Source: Octopus sinensis (taxonomy: Eukaryota). Taken from it: a DNA stretch of 64,000 bases. The notes beneath the pieces are model-generated. The model was given only the letters and a program-made list of their open reading frames with translations, was not told the origin of the DNA and did not search any database. Shown in pieces: positions 14,284 to 27,558 of the stretch. The DNA is taken from NCBI RefSeq assembly GCF_006345805.1, contig NC_042998.1, forward strand, positions 178,684,001-178,748,000, written 5' to 3'. The position numbers and the translations under genes are program-made. Positions within the stretch are counted from its first letter, which is position 1. Each line of letters starts with the position of its first letter.

Positions 14284-15165
14284 CGAGGTCTTATCAATAA
14301 GTATCCGGACTGTTGCCATAGTAATGAAGCTAAAGCACACAAAGTGAAGCTGCTTGGCAAAGATTGACCTTGAACTCTGCTGTGCATGCACACTAAGTTT
14401 TAACATTCTAGCTCACTTCTGCTCTTTACAGCAGTGCTTGGAAGGAAGGTGTGTAGCATGTGATCGTCGCATTGACCATGACAGAGAAAGTTGTCATGGC
14501 AGTACTAGCTCAGAGGCCTAGGCAAAGTTGCAGAAAGTGTATGGAGAGGAGTGTATAAGCTACACACTAGTGTACGAGTGGTTCAGACATTCCCAAGATG
14601 GCCAAAAAATGTTGATATTGATGAATGTTCTGGGAGACCCAGAACCAGCAGAACTGAGAAAAACATCGCAGCTGTGAGGGGAAATCATTGAATCCCCATC
14701 CATGAGTTATAAGAGGATGTGCAGATTACTTATGGCTCAGTTCAGTCCATTATCACTGAAGATTTGGGTATGAGGTGTATGTCTGCCAAATTTGTCCGAA
14801 AACTGCTTTCAGCTGACCAAATAGACACTTGGGTTTCTGTTGCACAAGATCTCCTTGATTGTATTGAGAATGATGAGAGCTTTTTGAAAACTTTGCATAG
14901 GCCTCTGAGCAGGTATCACCAAGCTTTTGGCAAAATTTGACACAGATTCTCTGCTCAACTTTCTCTATGATGGTCAATGCAATGATCACATGCTACACAC
15001 CTTCCTTCCAAGCACAGCTGTAAACAGCAGAAGTAAGCTAGAATGTTGAAACTTAGTGTGCATGCACACAAGAGTTTAAGGTCAAACTGTGCTAAATAAC
15101 TTTACTCAGCATGCTTTAGCTTCATTACTACGGCAACAGTCGGGATACTTATTGATCAGACCACG
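14284..15165 (+). mobile_element. Mariner derivative built from two inverted 5' ends
   Basis: Left TA then cgaggtcttatcaataagtatcc; inverted arms of about 250-280 bp; internal HTH remnant (VYEWF, SGRP, SAKFVRKLL). Confidence 0.88.
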
Positions 15166-16407
15166 GATGGATGGATGGATGGATGGATAAATGGATGGAT
15201 GGATAAATGGATGGATGGATAGATAGATAGATAGGTAGATAGATAGTGAAGAGATAAAAAAATAAGAAGAGAGAGAAGTACATGAGTGCATTTTGCTGAT
15301 TTTATAAGCATTTGTTCTTTTAACCCACTTGCCACCGACTTACGGGAGGCTTCCCGATTAAATTGATCTAAATCAAAACCTTACATCAAAATTTCATGTT
15401 ACTTGATATTTCAAAGACCAGCTTAACAATGACAAAGATAGTTTACAAAATTCTTTACTAATTTCAAAATTAATTGAAATAAAGATAATAGATTTCCTCA
15501 GAAATATGGTAACAAAAAGATTCACATCTTATGATAACCCATGAAATATATATTATTGACATGTGATGAGTGAAATGTAATACTTCCGACCAATGGTGAA
15601 ATAAATAATAATATAATCAAATGTTACCAAATATAATATCCATAAACACTAGTATGCCTAATCCATCAATATATCATTAAAAAACATCTACTGTGACAAA
15701 AATTTGGAATGTTGCATTTAAGTTTTATAATAATGGAAAACTCGCACTCACACACACATACATGGATGTGTGAACAACCATATTCTCATGCAAGACGAAT
15801 CAGAAAATGCATAATACTGCTACTATATCCATAACCAATGCACAAAAACAGATACATTATTAAGTGACACTTCTAAACACTTCTTTAACACAACCTTAAA
15901 AAGGAACTCATTCACTCAGCACAGACAAACATACACATAAAAATAGCTGCAGTACTAATAGCTTCATTTGCCCTAAAATACTGCACCAGAGATGTACGCA
16001 ACCAATGCTAGGTGTAAAGGAACAACAGCTGTCATGCTCTGACTAAGTCCATGTTACCTGTCTTTGCTGTAGCCACAAACAAAATCTATAGGCATACAGA
16101 AATGGAGTAGCAGAGTGCAACATTTCATGATATGCAATGCATCACTGCACAGCAGGATGTACAGTATGTTTCTCAGCTAAGCAAAGAGATAGTGTGTCAG
16201 GAACAAAGTCACACCTTGTCGAGTGGATGACTACCAGCAATTTTCAGTCTGCTGATCAGAGGTTTGTCTAGCACCTAAACACAACACCTGGCATTCGGGC
16301 TGACACCACACATGTCGATCATGTTCAGCCAAATATTTATTGTAAAGATTTTAAACAACCTGTAGGAGGAGTAACATTTAAAAGAAGTTGATACAAGTAT
16401 ATGATAG

Positions 16408-16473
16408 ACTCATTAACTTATATTCACACTCATTAACTTATATTCACACTCATTAACTTATATTCACACTCAT
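16408..16473. repeat. 20-bp minisatellite, about 3.3 copies (actcattaacttatattcac)
   Basis: Direct reading of the sequence. Confidence 0.9.
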
Positions 16474-17189
16474 AAACATGGATACTCTTATTAATGCAAA
16501 AATAATCGATACTGTTTGATATGTGTGTATGGGGAAATTATAAATACAGTCTGTTAATAAGCATATAAATAATGAATCACTGAATGAACATATGTAATTA
16601 CAAAAGAGCTACAAATAGCTTCATGCTTTAAATCTTAAAGCATGAAATTATTAGTAGGTTGTGTGTGTGTGTGTGTGTGTCTGTCTGTCTCTCTCTTTCT
16701 ATATATATATATTATATATACATTAAACTGTAATTATTCTTTGGCTGTACCATATGTTTTTGATGATTACACAGCTTGGAAAATGACTCAGCTTTTGCTT
16801 GTATCTGTGTATTTTCAAGATCAAATTTATTTTATTGATTGGAAGAATAAAAGTATCTAATAATGAACAGAAACTTTATGTAGCTGTGAAGCAAGAAAAA
16901 CATTGTGTGAACCCAGAGAGCTACAAAGAATAAACTTATAGGAGCAAGGCAGGCTGCATCTATAAAACTCAAAAATCATAATTGAATAAACAACAAACAA
17001 ATATACTATGTGGTTAAGAAGTTCGCTTTGCAACCATGTGGTTTTAGGTAAAGTCCCCTTGAACAAGTATCTTCTACTATATCTTTGGGTCAACCAAATG
17101 TCTTATGAATGAATGTGGTAGATAGAAACTGTGCATTGTATGTGTATATATATATATATATTTACATGCAGCTAAATATAACTGTATGG

Positions 17190-17258
17190 GCGACTCGTCT
17201 GATGAGTCGTCCATAAAGCTAAACGCTTTATGGATGTGAAACCATTAGTCACTCTATA
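17190..17258 (+). ncRNA. Hammerhead-ribozyme-like motif (type I, decayed)
   Basis: CTGATGA at 17199-17205, long stem II (cgtccataaagc/gctttatggatg), GAAAC at 17238-17242, GTC at 17248-17250. Stem I has only 2 bp. Confidence 0.6.
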
Positions 17259-17712
17259 ACCGCTAGCATACTGCATACTCGCTCGCACACACACACGCAT
17301 GCACAAAAAAGGTTCATACACACGTCTATATACGCACATGCACAAGAAAAAACAGGGCTAAAGACAAAATGCAGAAAAATGTGTAAAACAAAGTGTAAAA
17401 AAATAAGTAATAAGAGTAAAACATGTCTATATATGCACATACACGCGCGCACACACACGTCCATATACGTACATACCTGCGCACATCCACACGTGTGTGC
17501 AAAAAATTTCCATATACACATCTATATACGCACAGGAAAAATGCAGGGTGGGAAGTAGAATACAGAAAAATTATGTGTAAAGAAAATATATGAGCAATAA
17601 AACCATAAACCAATATCTCTATAAATATGTAAAAAAAATATATAAGAAATATACGTAAAAAGTATAGAGAGATAAAAAGCTTGTATGTGGACAGAATATA
17701 GAAAGCAAGTAC

Positions 17713-19685
17713 TCAGGGGGACCAAAAACGTAACAAATATTTAGCCACATATGGACATGATCTGAAAAGTTCAGTTCTTGAATTCAGACATGTGGCGGGG
17801 TCTAAGCTGCGTTTCCAGATAAGTCATCTTTCAATATCACAAAGACCGCACTTTCCACTGCCGTTGGTGTAGGGCTTACACTTGGCTAAGATCTTCCAAT
17901 GATGGATGTTGTAACTGACACCTTTATCTTTTAAGGACTATATACAACTGGATAATTTGGTCGTTTTCCTTTTATCCCAGTGCCTGAAGCTCAAGGTGTG
18001 ATTATTGAACCTGGCCTTGAAATTACCCTCTGTAAGGCCCATGTATTTCTTTGTCAAAACCGTGTCCTTAGTGGATATAGAGTCCATGGTAGCTTCATAA
18101 ATGATGGTCTCGGACATGCAAGCTCCATTTAGCGGATACAAATTTTTATCCCTGCATGAACAGCTGGTTTCGTATTGTGGTTTTTGTGTGTTGTACGCGA
18201 TTATATTTTTAAAATTAGTAGTTGATCTGAAACTGATTTTTAAGTTATGTCTATTGAACAGCTTTCTGTAATAATGGTTGACTGGAAAATGTATATCCAT
18301 TAGTGCTAAGAAATACTTGCCTATATTGAAGGTCACTTCGGGTGAGAAGAGGAAGTGAACCAGATAGCTTTTCTATTCCTGTTTCCTCTTCTTTATTATT
18401 GGACTGGTGGCAGGTGTATAGGTTATTTACTCGCTAAATCCACTATCTTTTAGAGCTTTATTATATACTGGGGCAACGCTATTAAAAATGTCCCTATCGG
18501 AGGAGAGGCTAAAGATTCTTTTGCTAATGTTTTTAACTAAATTTTAAAACACTATGAGGGGATGACAGGAACCCACATTAATATAACTAAGTCTATGGTT
18601 GGGCTTCCTATAAGGCTTATAAATGTTCATATTTAGATCTAAGGATACATCTAGGAAATTGACAACAGTCAGGTTGGTGTCTGTAGTTATGCTAAGACTG
18701 AAAGTTTTCATAAAATAGATAATGTCCTTCCTCAACTGATCCTGTGCTGGTCCATTTGTATTTGCGGTTAAGGTGAGGGCATCATCTTTGTAAATGGCGA
18801 AGTATACGTCAGGAAAAGTCTTGCCCAACGTATCGAGTAGGAATAGCCCAACAAGATCGCATATGCCTTCTCCATCATATGACCCCATGCTCACATCGAA
18901 ATCACCCTTTGTATCGGTAGTCTTGACACACTCTGCGTTCTTGCTGAAGAGTAAAGTCTTTCTCGCATGGAAGATTATGTCCTTATCCTGTGTATTGATT
19001 TCTGTGGATTCGCTTGCGAAGGTGAGGGCTTTATGTAGCAGTTCCTTTATCCAGAGATAGAGGCATAAAAATCGACAATATCAAATTGTGTGAATCTCGT
19101 TTTATTCTTATACTTAATGGCTTTAAAACAGTCAACGACTTCTATACTATTGGAGCACTGTACTAACCTAGTGGCATTTCTGACTTTCGCATTGATTTTT
19201 CCTAAAATTTCTTTACTAATAATGCCAAGTTCTGATTTAGCTGGGGGTAATGAGCCTAAGTTCTTTTTATGGTCTTTGATAGTTATAAAGGCCTCTTTTT
19301 TTGGGAGGACCACTATTTTTTTTTATCTAATTTAAGTCTGGCAGCAATAACACTAGATTCTTTATCAATTTCATTATGGGTTTGTGCCCTAGCCTTGGTG
19401 TAATTATTGATGATGCAGTTGTGTAGAAGTCGTGAATATGTGCTGTTTCCTACCAGGTACAAGTTCTTGGTTTTATCAGAAAAAAAATGCCATTTTTTTG
19501 GAACTCTTTATGTAATTGATATCTTTTTTCAGTGTCTGCTGGAAAGTGTTAAAAGACTTACGAAATTTTATTTTGTTCATGAGCTTCAGTAGATCCACTT
19601 CGAAGTCTTCCAAGCCTTTGATTTTTGGAAGGAATTTCTTAAATTTAATACCATAGAATATACTCTCTGTATTGTCCTCTTCCAT
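17713..19685 (-). mobile_element. Penelope-like retroelement (Neptune-like), decayed RT plus GIY-YIG endonuclease
   Basis: Motifs SDKTKNLY, AFITIKDHK, PAKSELG, FDIVDFYASIS, MGSYDG, YKDD, VNFLDV, Cys-rich CSCRxKxxxPLxGxC, IIYEAT...YMGLT (GIY-YIG) and CGLC. RT C-terminus and endonuclease share one frame broken by stops (18544, 18427, 17938 among others); the 5' part has frameshifts. Confidence 0.92.
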
Positions 19686-19990
19686 GTTATACTATCAATA
19701 TAGATAGATAGATATAGACATCCTTCTTCACCCTACATAAACACACACACACACACACACTTACATACACATGCACACACTTCCCCTTTCTTCCTTCTCA
19801 GCCTTTAGTCCAGTTACCATGGTAACATGAGTAAAAAGTTTACCTGTCAGGAAAGTTTGTTGGAACGCTAACATCTTTGTAGAGTTAATTGAGGGATGAG
19901 GAGGAGGGTGTAGTGACTATAGCAGACTGACATGGACTGATAAAATGACACATCAGTCTCACCAAATCGATTTTATTAATCTATAATATA

Positions 19991-20265
19991 TAAGTTATGG
20001 GGACATAAACAAACACCAGTTGCCAGGTCGTGAGAAACAAACATAAATACAATGATGTACACACCCACTTGTATACACACACATAAATATATTTATGTGT
20101 GTGTATACATGTGGGTGTGTACATCAAACATAAATACAAAGTTGTACACACACACACACATAAATATATGTATGTGTATACAAGTGGGTATGTACATCTT
20201 TGTATTTATGTTTGTTTCTCACAACCCGTCAACTGGTGTTTGTTTGTTTATGTCCCCATAACTTA
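19991..20265. repeat. SINE-derived compound palindrome with a 72-bp internal palindrome (20054-20125)
   Basis: Outer arms of about 95 bp; inner palindrome has 1 mismatch and no loop. Confidence 0.9.
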
Positions 20266-20808
20266 ACAGTTCAGCAAAAAGGCTGACAGAATAAGTAATA
20301 GATTAAGTACAGGGATTGATTTGATCAACTAAACCCTTCAAGGCAGTGCTCCAGTATGGCTCCCATTCAATAACTAAAGCAAATAAAAGCATGATGTGAA
20401 TGCATTAATGTAAATATGGAGAAGAATATAAATTGTCCTTAAATTTTATAGAGTTACCCTCCTTGCACCATTGGAGAATATTGTTTACTTTTTTTCACCT
20501 TCCTAGTTTCACATAACCTTTTTCTGGTAACAGCTACCGTCATCACAGTTTCAGTTCCTGAACCAAAAAAAATTTACTCTTGCAACCAATAAAATTCGTC
20601 AATGAAAATTCTGGCTGCAAAGATTTGATTAAAACCTATTAGTGATCATAGAAGATGTAAACTTTCCATTTAAAACTAAGGAATGATGCTAGGGTTATAA
20701 TATGTACTCTAGTTCTTTTTCTTCTATCAAGTACTTTTACCTTTTGTTTGTACATCAGAGTTTGTGTGTGTGTATACATACATATGCACATAGATATATA
20801 TGCATATG

Positions 20809-20867
<59 letters not shown>

Positions 20868-21119
20868 ATACATATATATACACATATGCATATACATTAT
20901 ATACATACATATATACACATATATATAAATACATTATATATATACACACACACATATGTATATGCATTAGATATATATACACATGTATACATGTTATACA
21001 TGTATATACATTATATATATAAATAAGTAAATGGAATTTTGCTACCCCGGTAACTATTTATCTATTTTTTCCATATTAATTGTTAACAAGGAAAAATACA
21101 CTCATCTATTTATATATAC

Positions 21120-21169
<50 letters not shown>

Positions 21170-21503
21170 TATATACACACACACACACACACACATGTAT
21201 ATATATATATATATATATAGCATTAAGAATAAATCTAAAATACAATTATGTGTACATGATTAACTACGTCAACTAAGTAATTGTTTGTTTTCAAAAGTAC
21301 TACTAGTTTTCTGTCTATTTATTTTGGGTTAAATTCTCATTTAATGTGTGCATGTCCTTTAAAATATATTCCTACAGCATAACATTTTATATTAAATTAG
21401 ATTACAGATAAATAATCTTGCATCCTGAGTAAATGTTTAAATTTTCTCAACAAAGTCACAGTTTAGATTTAACAAGCAATGTCAGATGTTATTCATTATT
21501 TAA

Positions 21504-21727
21504 CTAAGCAATATTTATGTCAACATTTTTCTTGTGTTTGCAACAACGGGATCTACAGCTTAAGGTAGGAGATACATAGCCAGGGAGAAATGGAATGTAC
21601 TGAAATATCTTAGACTTCGTATTGGTTGTATTAATAAATGGTAGTCCATATGAATCAGCTTTTTCTTCATTTGATTCATCTACAGTTATTTCTTGCCATG
21701 CGATGAAGCCTCTTTCTTCCAGTGTGC
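21504..21727 (-). CDS. SLC23A: SLC23/NAT last coding exon (GTLEERG...YGLPF...YIPFLP...DINIA*)
   Basis: tttcag acceptor; GTxEERG, YxLP and PFxP motifs; TAG stop at 21504-21506. Confidence 0.93.
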
Positions 21728-23120
21728 CTGAAAATATTTAATGTTTAATACCGAAATAGAACATTTTATAAATAACAAATATCACTACAAAACAGAATGA
21801 GTTAACAAAAATATAGAATTTGTACTGCTATGTAAAGGAGATTGTAAAGTATGACAGTCTATGCCACTGAGTAAATGGTAGTCAGTGGCTCAGATTCATT
21901 ACTCAATTTAGCCATTTGGCTTACTCAACTATTTCCTATAGAATGTAAAACCAGTGTTACAACAGCTTTCTGTTTTGCCACCGCTTGAGGCCAGTGGAAG
22001 TTGGTAGATAGTTATGATCATAAACGTCAACAACTGACTCCGTTTTACTAATGTATAGAAGAAATATATATAAAATAGAAATTAAAAAAATATTTATAAA
22101 AGATATTAGTTTCAAATTTTGGCACAAGACCAGCAAGTACAGGGAATGGGATACGTCAATTACAACGACCCCAGTACTCAGCTAGTACTTATCTTATTGA
22201 CTCTGAAAGGATGAAAGGCAAAGTTGGCCTCAACGGAATTTTTAACTCAGAACATAAAGACAGGCAAAAAGCTGTTAAGCATTTTGCCTGGCATCTTGTA
22301 TTCAAAATAGATATTCCCAATCTGTTGGATATTTGCATGTTAACAATAGAAAGGAAGAAAATTTCCCTACTAGCTAAAAGCATTTACCGTTAAAGAGAAA
22401 TAGTTCTTACAAACAAAGTGAAAAAATAAATTTAATGTCACAAACTCTTGAAAATAAAAATAATTATACAAATTGGTACTATCAAGCAGAAACTAGAAAT
22501 ATTGGTACAAACTGGTGTTAATAAACAAAAAAATAGTAAAACTGAAAGTGTGGGAAATAATGTGAGGGTACTTTGAAAATTTCTATTATGATAGGTTTGG
22601 ATATGTGGGTATTTTGAAGATACCTCAAGGAGTGATGACTGCCCTGCATAGTTATGGGCTGTCCTTTGGTAAGGTAAAGCACCTGTTCAGCTGCCCTGCC
22701 AGAGATACAGCAAAGTCATGGGACTGCAGCATGGCCAATTGTGAAGAGGTAGCAGAAGAGCTCAATTGAGCTCAACTGAGCCAACAGTGCTTCTTACATT
22801 GATGCTGAGCAGAGGAATCCAAGAAGATCAATGGTCAGGATCACTAAACTGTATCAAGAGAGTAAATGCAACATATGTATAGGGGTGGCACCCATTGTTG
22901 TATAATTGGCTAATGAAAGAGTCACTGTGACTCAAGCTCCCAATTTAAATTCATAATAATGAAATTGGATGGTGACATAGAGTCATGGAATTCGCAAAAG
23001 CAGCAAATATAAAAAAGAAAATAATAGACTTATCCTACCAATATAAATATAATGTATTAATATAGTATAAAGTTACAAAAATGTCTTAAAAGTGTAGTGA
23101 CACAGATATATTTTTGTTAA

Positions 23121-23571
23121 CCCTTTAACCCTTTCGTTACCAACCTGGCTAAAACGGCTCTGGCTCTGTAGTACAAATGTCTTGTTTTCATAAGTTTTGC
23201 ATCAAAATATACTACTAAACCTTAGTCGCAATTTATATTCCTAATACTAGCTTAATGATAACTAAGTTATTTTACTAAATTCTTTGTTATATTTAAAATA
23301 ATTGAAAGAAACACAGAGCATCTCAAAATAAATACAGTAACAAAAGGGTTAAGCATTTAAACCAGCTACATCCAATCTAAATATACTGCCAGTTTTATAT
23401 TCAAACTGGCCAGATCCAGCCTCTCACACCCATCCTACAATATCATTCTAAAAATAAACAATCACAACATCAAAATTTGAAAGATATGAGATAATGCATG
23501 ATAAATTAAAATTAATGTAAATAAATAAGCTTTACATTTTTGACATTTGAATAATCCTGAATGCCAAAGTG
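23121..23571. mobile_element. Nested piggyBac-type MITEs (inner copy 23129-23348)
   Basis: TTAA-CCCTTT...AAAGGG-TTAA; relatives lie at 28499-28717 and 34723-34940. Confidence 0.8.
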
Positions 23572-24962
23572 TTAAGGCATTAACTTTAATAAGTGTTTAT
23601 TGACATTTAGCAGTTCAGAGATTAACAGCTGTGAGGAAACTAAATATGGTGGAGCAGCCTATCAGAAATGTCAAAGTTCATAGGCAAGAAGTGAACAAGA
23701 ACATCAAGATTAAGAGTCCACCATTATTATATATTCTCGAAAGATTTATTAAGGTAAAAGTAACCTTTCTATTTGTAACACTGTTCCCACTCACCCTTAT
23801 ATAATGTGGGGTAGACGTCTATCATCACTATAGAAAGGCACCTGGACTCGCCCCTTTATCATACTTTTAGCCTATCAACACCTGGTTTAAAACTACAGCC
23901 CACTTTTCAAATACCCATCCCCCACCCATAACTGGGTGGGCTTTCCTATTCTTTTCCTGTCTTGCAAGTTACTTGGCAACATCACAAGACCTGATTGCAC
24001 AAAATTAGCTCCCAGTACACGCAGTAAATGGGTTGGCATCAGGAAGGGCTTCTAACCATAGAAACCAAACCAAGGCTGACACAGGGACTCAATGTAGCCC
24101 TGTGACTCACCAGATCCAGTCAACTTGTCCAACCCATGCCAGCATGGAAAGCAGATGTATGATGATGATGATGAAAGTCTTGATGTCTTGCAAACAACTT
24201 GCATATGCAAGTGCTACCAGTTAAAAGCTCCGTATACCGGAAGCTAGCAAGTGTATGGGGTCATCAGGAGAGAATGCGCGCCGTTTCGGGGCCTACCTCT
24301 CAACGGCATCAATGCGCACCGGCCCCGGCCCCCCTCACTGATATGAGGCCCCGCTTGCTAGATCAGCTGGTTATGAAGAACTCAATATACTTCTAGCCAT
24401 ATTTAAACATAAAGGTGCATTTAAACATAACAGGATTATGGAGGCCAGTTGCATAAGATGACTACTGTGATTAAGAAGTTCACATAATCATGTGCTTCCA
24501 GGTTCAATTTCAGAGCATGGCACTCTTGGGGAAGTATCTTCTATTACAGCTTTGAATCAATCTTTCTTTTGTTTTTTTGTAATAAAACTAAATAGACTGA
24601 AACTGCATGAAATCTTGTTAGAATGGCTGTATCTATTCTTATGAGATAAACTTAATCATCATCCATTTTAACACCAACCAGTTCGCCTTTGTACATCTTT
24701 AGCAAAGTTCACTGCTGCATAGATTTGGAGCAGAGTTCCAGTCTGTGAATAAATAACTCAATATCTTGATACTCTACTTCCTACAGTGATGTGTTGGGGT
24801 TTCTTCTTCCCTTTCTCCCAAATACTCTTGGAGGGCCTACTAAAGGGTAGTGAGCACTGCCTTTCCTCTTCTGATTAAGCCTATAACATTTGTTAACAAA
24901 TTGGTTTTAGAAAATTTCATAAAACATTTTATAAAATTTTGTTATAAAAATAGGGGACTCAC

Positions 24963-25058
24963 CTGGAACTGTGTTGTCAAGGAAGCAAGCTAAGGCACCA
25001 CCAACAAAATTAGCGTTTCCTAGCAATGTTTGTAATATGTTATTTAATTCTACGTAAC
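24963..25058 (-). CDS. SLC23A: SLC23/NAT exon (GYVELNNILQTLLGNANFVGGALACFLDNTVP)
   Basis: tag/gtgagt splice sites, 96 nt; FVGG and LDNTVPG motifs. Confidence 0.94.
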
Positions 25059-26684
25059 CTAAGTAATAAAAAAAAAATAGAACAGATAAGAATATTGATA
25101 TCAAAACAGGAAGTATACAAATGCAGAATATTCTTTTCTACTCTAGGCATAAGGCCTAAAATTTTGGGGGAAGAGGCCAGTCAATTAGATCAACCCAAGT
25201 ATGCAACTGGTACTTAATTTATCGACCCCAAAAGGTTGAAAGACAAAGTCATCCTTGGCAGAATTTGAACTCAGAACGTAAAAATAGACAAAATACCACT
25301 AAGCATTTTGCCCGGTGTGCTAACGTTTCTGCCAGTTTGCCGCCTTACAAATGCAGAATATTAAACAAAATATTTGTACATCACCAGTATTAAAACAGAT
25401 TGGGAAGAATGTAATTATGTGTTATAGAATCTGTATTCTAACATTACTGCTTAGTAGTCTCTCTATAGCAAGACACTTGTGCTTGTTCTTCTCTCATACA
25501 TTAGCAGCATTTCAATGCCTGACATAAAGTTATCTTCTCCTCTCAAATGCTTCCCACTTTAGTAATGAGAACTTTTTCCTTTTCCTTTTGCCCTGTTCTT
25601 TTTTTCTGCTTGCAAGTTACTTGGAAATTTCACTAGGACTAGTGGCACAAAAACAATGCACCCAGTACAATCTGTAAAATGGTTGGCATTAGGAAGGGCA
25701 TCCAATCATAGAAACCATGCCACAGCCGACATTGGAGCTTGATGTGATCTTGTGGCTTGCCAGATCCTATCAACCTATTTCTTTATTACCCACAAGGGGC
25801 TAAACATAGAGGGGACAAACAAGGACAGACATAGGTATTAAGTCGATTACATCAACCCCAGTGTGTAATTGGTACTTAATTTATCGACCCCGAAAGGATG
25901 AAAGGCAAAGTCGACCTCGGCGGAATTTGAACTCACAACGTAACGGCAGCCGAAATACTGCTAAGCATTTCGCCTGGCGCACTAACGTTTCTGCCAGCTC
26001 GCCGCCTTAAGTTGTTTTCTTATATATTTTTTCTTCACCATTTGTTCTCGTCATCAGCATCATCATTTACCGTCCACATTTCATGTTGGCATGGGTTCAA
26101 CAGATCCTCTCAACCTGTCCAACCCATGCCAACATGAAATGTGGACGGTAAATGATGATGTTGATGACAAGAACAAATGGTGAAGAAAAAATATATAAGA
26201 AAACAACTTTTCTAAAATAACAACTTGAACAACTGATAACACTATATAGTAAATAAAAAAACTCAATGTGGGAATCATTAGTCACTCAACTGGCTAGAAA
26301 TAACAGTCAAATCTCCTTCAAATCACAGCCTACTTAAAAAGCAAAAAAGATATTACAGGAAAATATAGTCTTAAGTAATTCTAAAAAGATGGTTTTGTCA
26401 CAGCTGGAATGTTTTTAATCATAATCTGATGGATTAGGACTGACTTTAGGTTAAAGCTACAAAATATAACACATTTTCAATGAAATTAAATCCAAGCAAA
26501 AGTACATGCAACTGTCTAACCAGTCAGTTTCTTGTTGAGCAAATGTGGGAGTTGCAACACAAATACTTGACGTGATAGACATAGCAGCCAAATCTTTCTG
26601 ACACTTAACCCTCTCACCTTAAGAAAATTCAGTGAGGTCAAACTGGATATTGTCATTCCAGACAAACTTTGTCTGAAAAATATA

Positions 26685-27145
26685 TTTCTTTATTGCCCAC
26701 AAAGGGCTGAACATAGAGGGGACAAACAAAAACAGACAATGGGATTAAGTTGATTACAGACCCTAGTGCATAACTGGTACTTATTTAATTGACCCCGAAA
26801 GGATGAAAGGCAAAGTCGACCTCGGCGGAATTTGAACTCAGAACGTAGCGGCAGACAAAATACCTATTTCTTTATTACCCACAAGGGGCTAAACACAGAG
26901 GGGACAAACAAGGACAGACATAGGTATTAAGTCGATTACATCGACCCCAGTGCGTAACTGGTACTTAATTTATCGACCCCGAAAGGATGAAAGGCAAAGT
27001 CGACCTCGGCGGAATTTGAACTCACAACGTAACGCAGACGAAATATCGCTAAGCATTTCGCCCGGCGTGCTAACGTTTCTGCCAGCTCGCAGCTCGCACT
27101 AAGCATTTTGCCTGGCGTGCAAATGATTCTGCCAGCTCGCTGCCT
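26685..27145 (-). mobile_element. SINE family B tandem cluster; other copies at about 25150-25347(-), 25775-26008(-), 33125-33360(+), 39325-39545(-), 62959-63190(+)
   Basis: Head ggcggcgagctggcagaa, B-box-like gagttcaaattcc. Body gcctttcatcctttcggggtcgataaa recalls Deu/Nin-type SINE domains (from memory). Confidence 0.85.
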
Positions 27146-27558
27146 TGTATGCCAGCGGCATCGTCACAGCTGGAACATCAAATGAGATCATGTTATTCTA
27201 AACATACTATATCTAAAAAATAGATGAAATGGTCACAACTGGGATGTCATTGATTATAGTTCTGATCAATCAGGGCTGACATATGGTTACACAACACAGC
27301 TTCACTGGACAATTTTAGTTACTTCTATCTTTCACAAATACCAAATTATTTGATTCTGTTCACACTTTAGATCAACTTCAGTAATTAACTAACAAATATT
27401 CACACATGCTAAATAATAAACTTTTATAATGTACAATATTCTACAATAAATAATAGTTACTAACAATGGATAAATCCATCAAAATGTTATATCATTTATT
27501 TTGGAGTATGCACAGTATACATTTCACTTTAATTATAAAATATATACAATATTTTGAA

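Noticed and set aside
18544-19685. Idea that the Penelope ORF is intact and broken only by homopolymer assembly errors
   Set aside because: It also has in-frame nonsense codons and an apparent deletion after KDHK, consistent with real decay.
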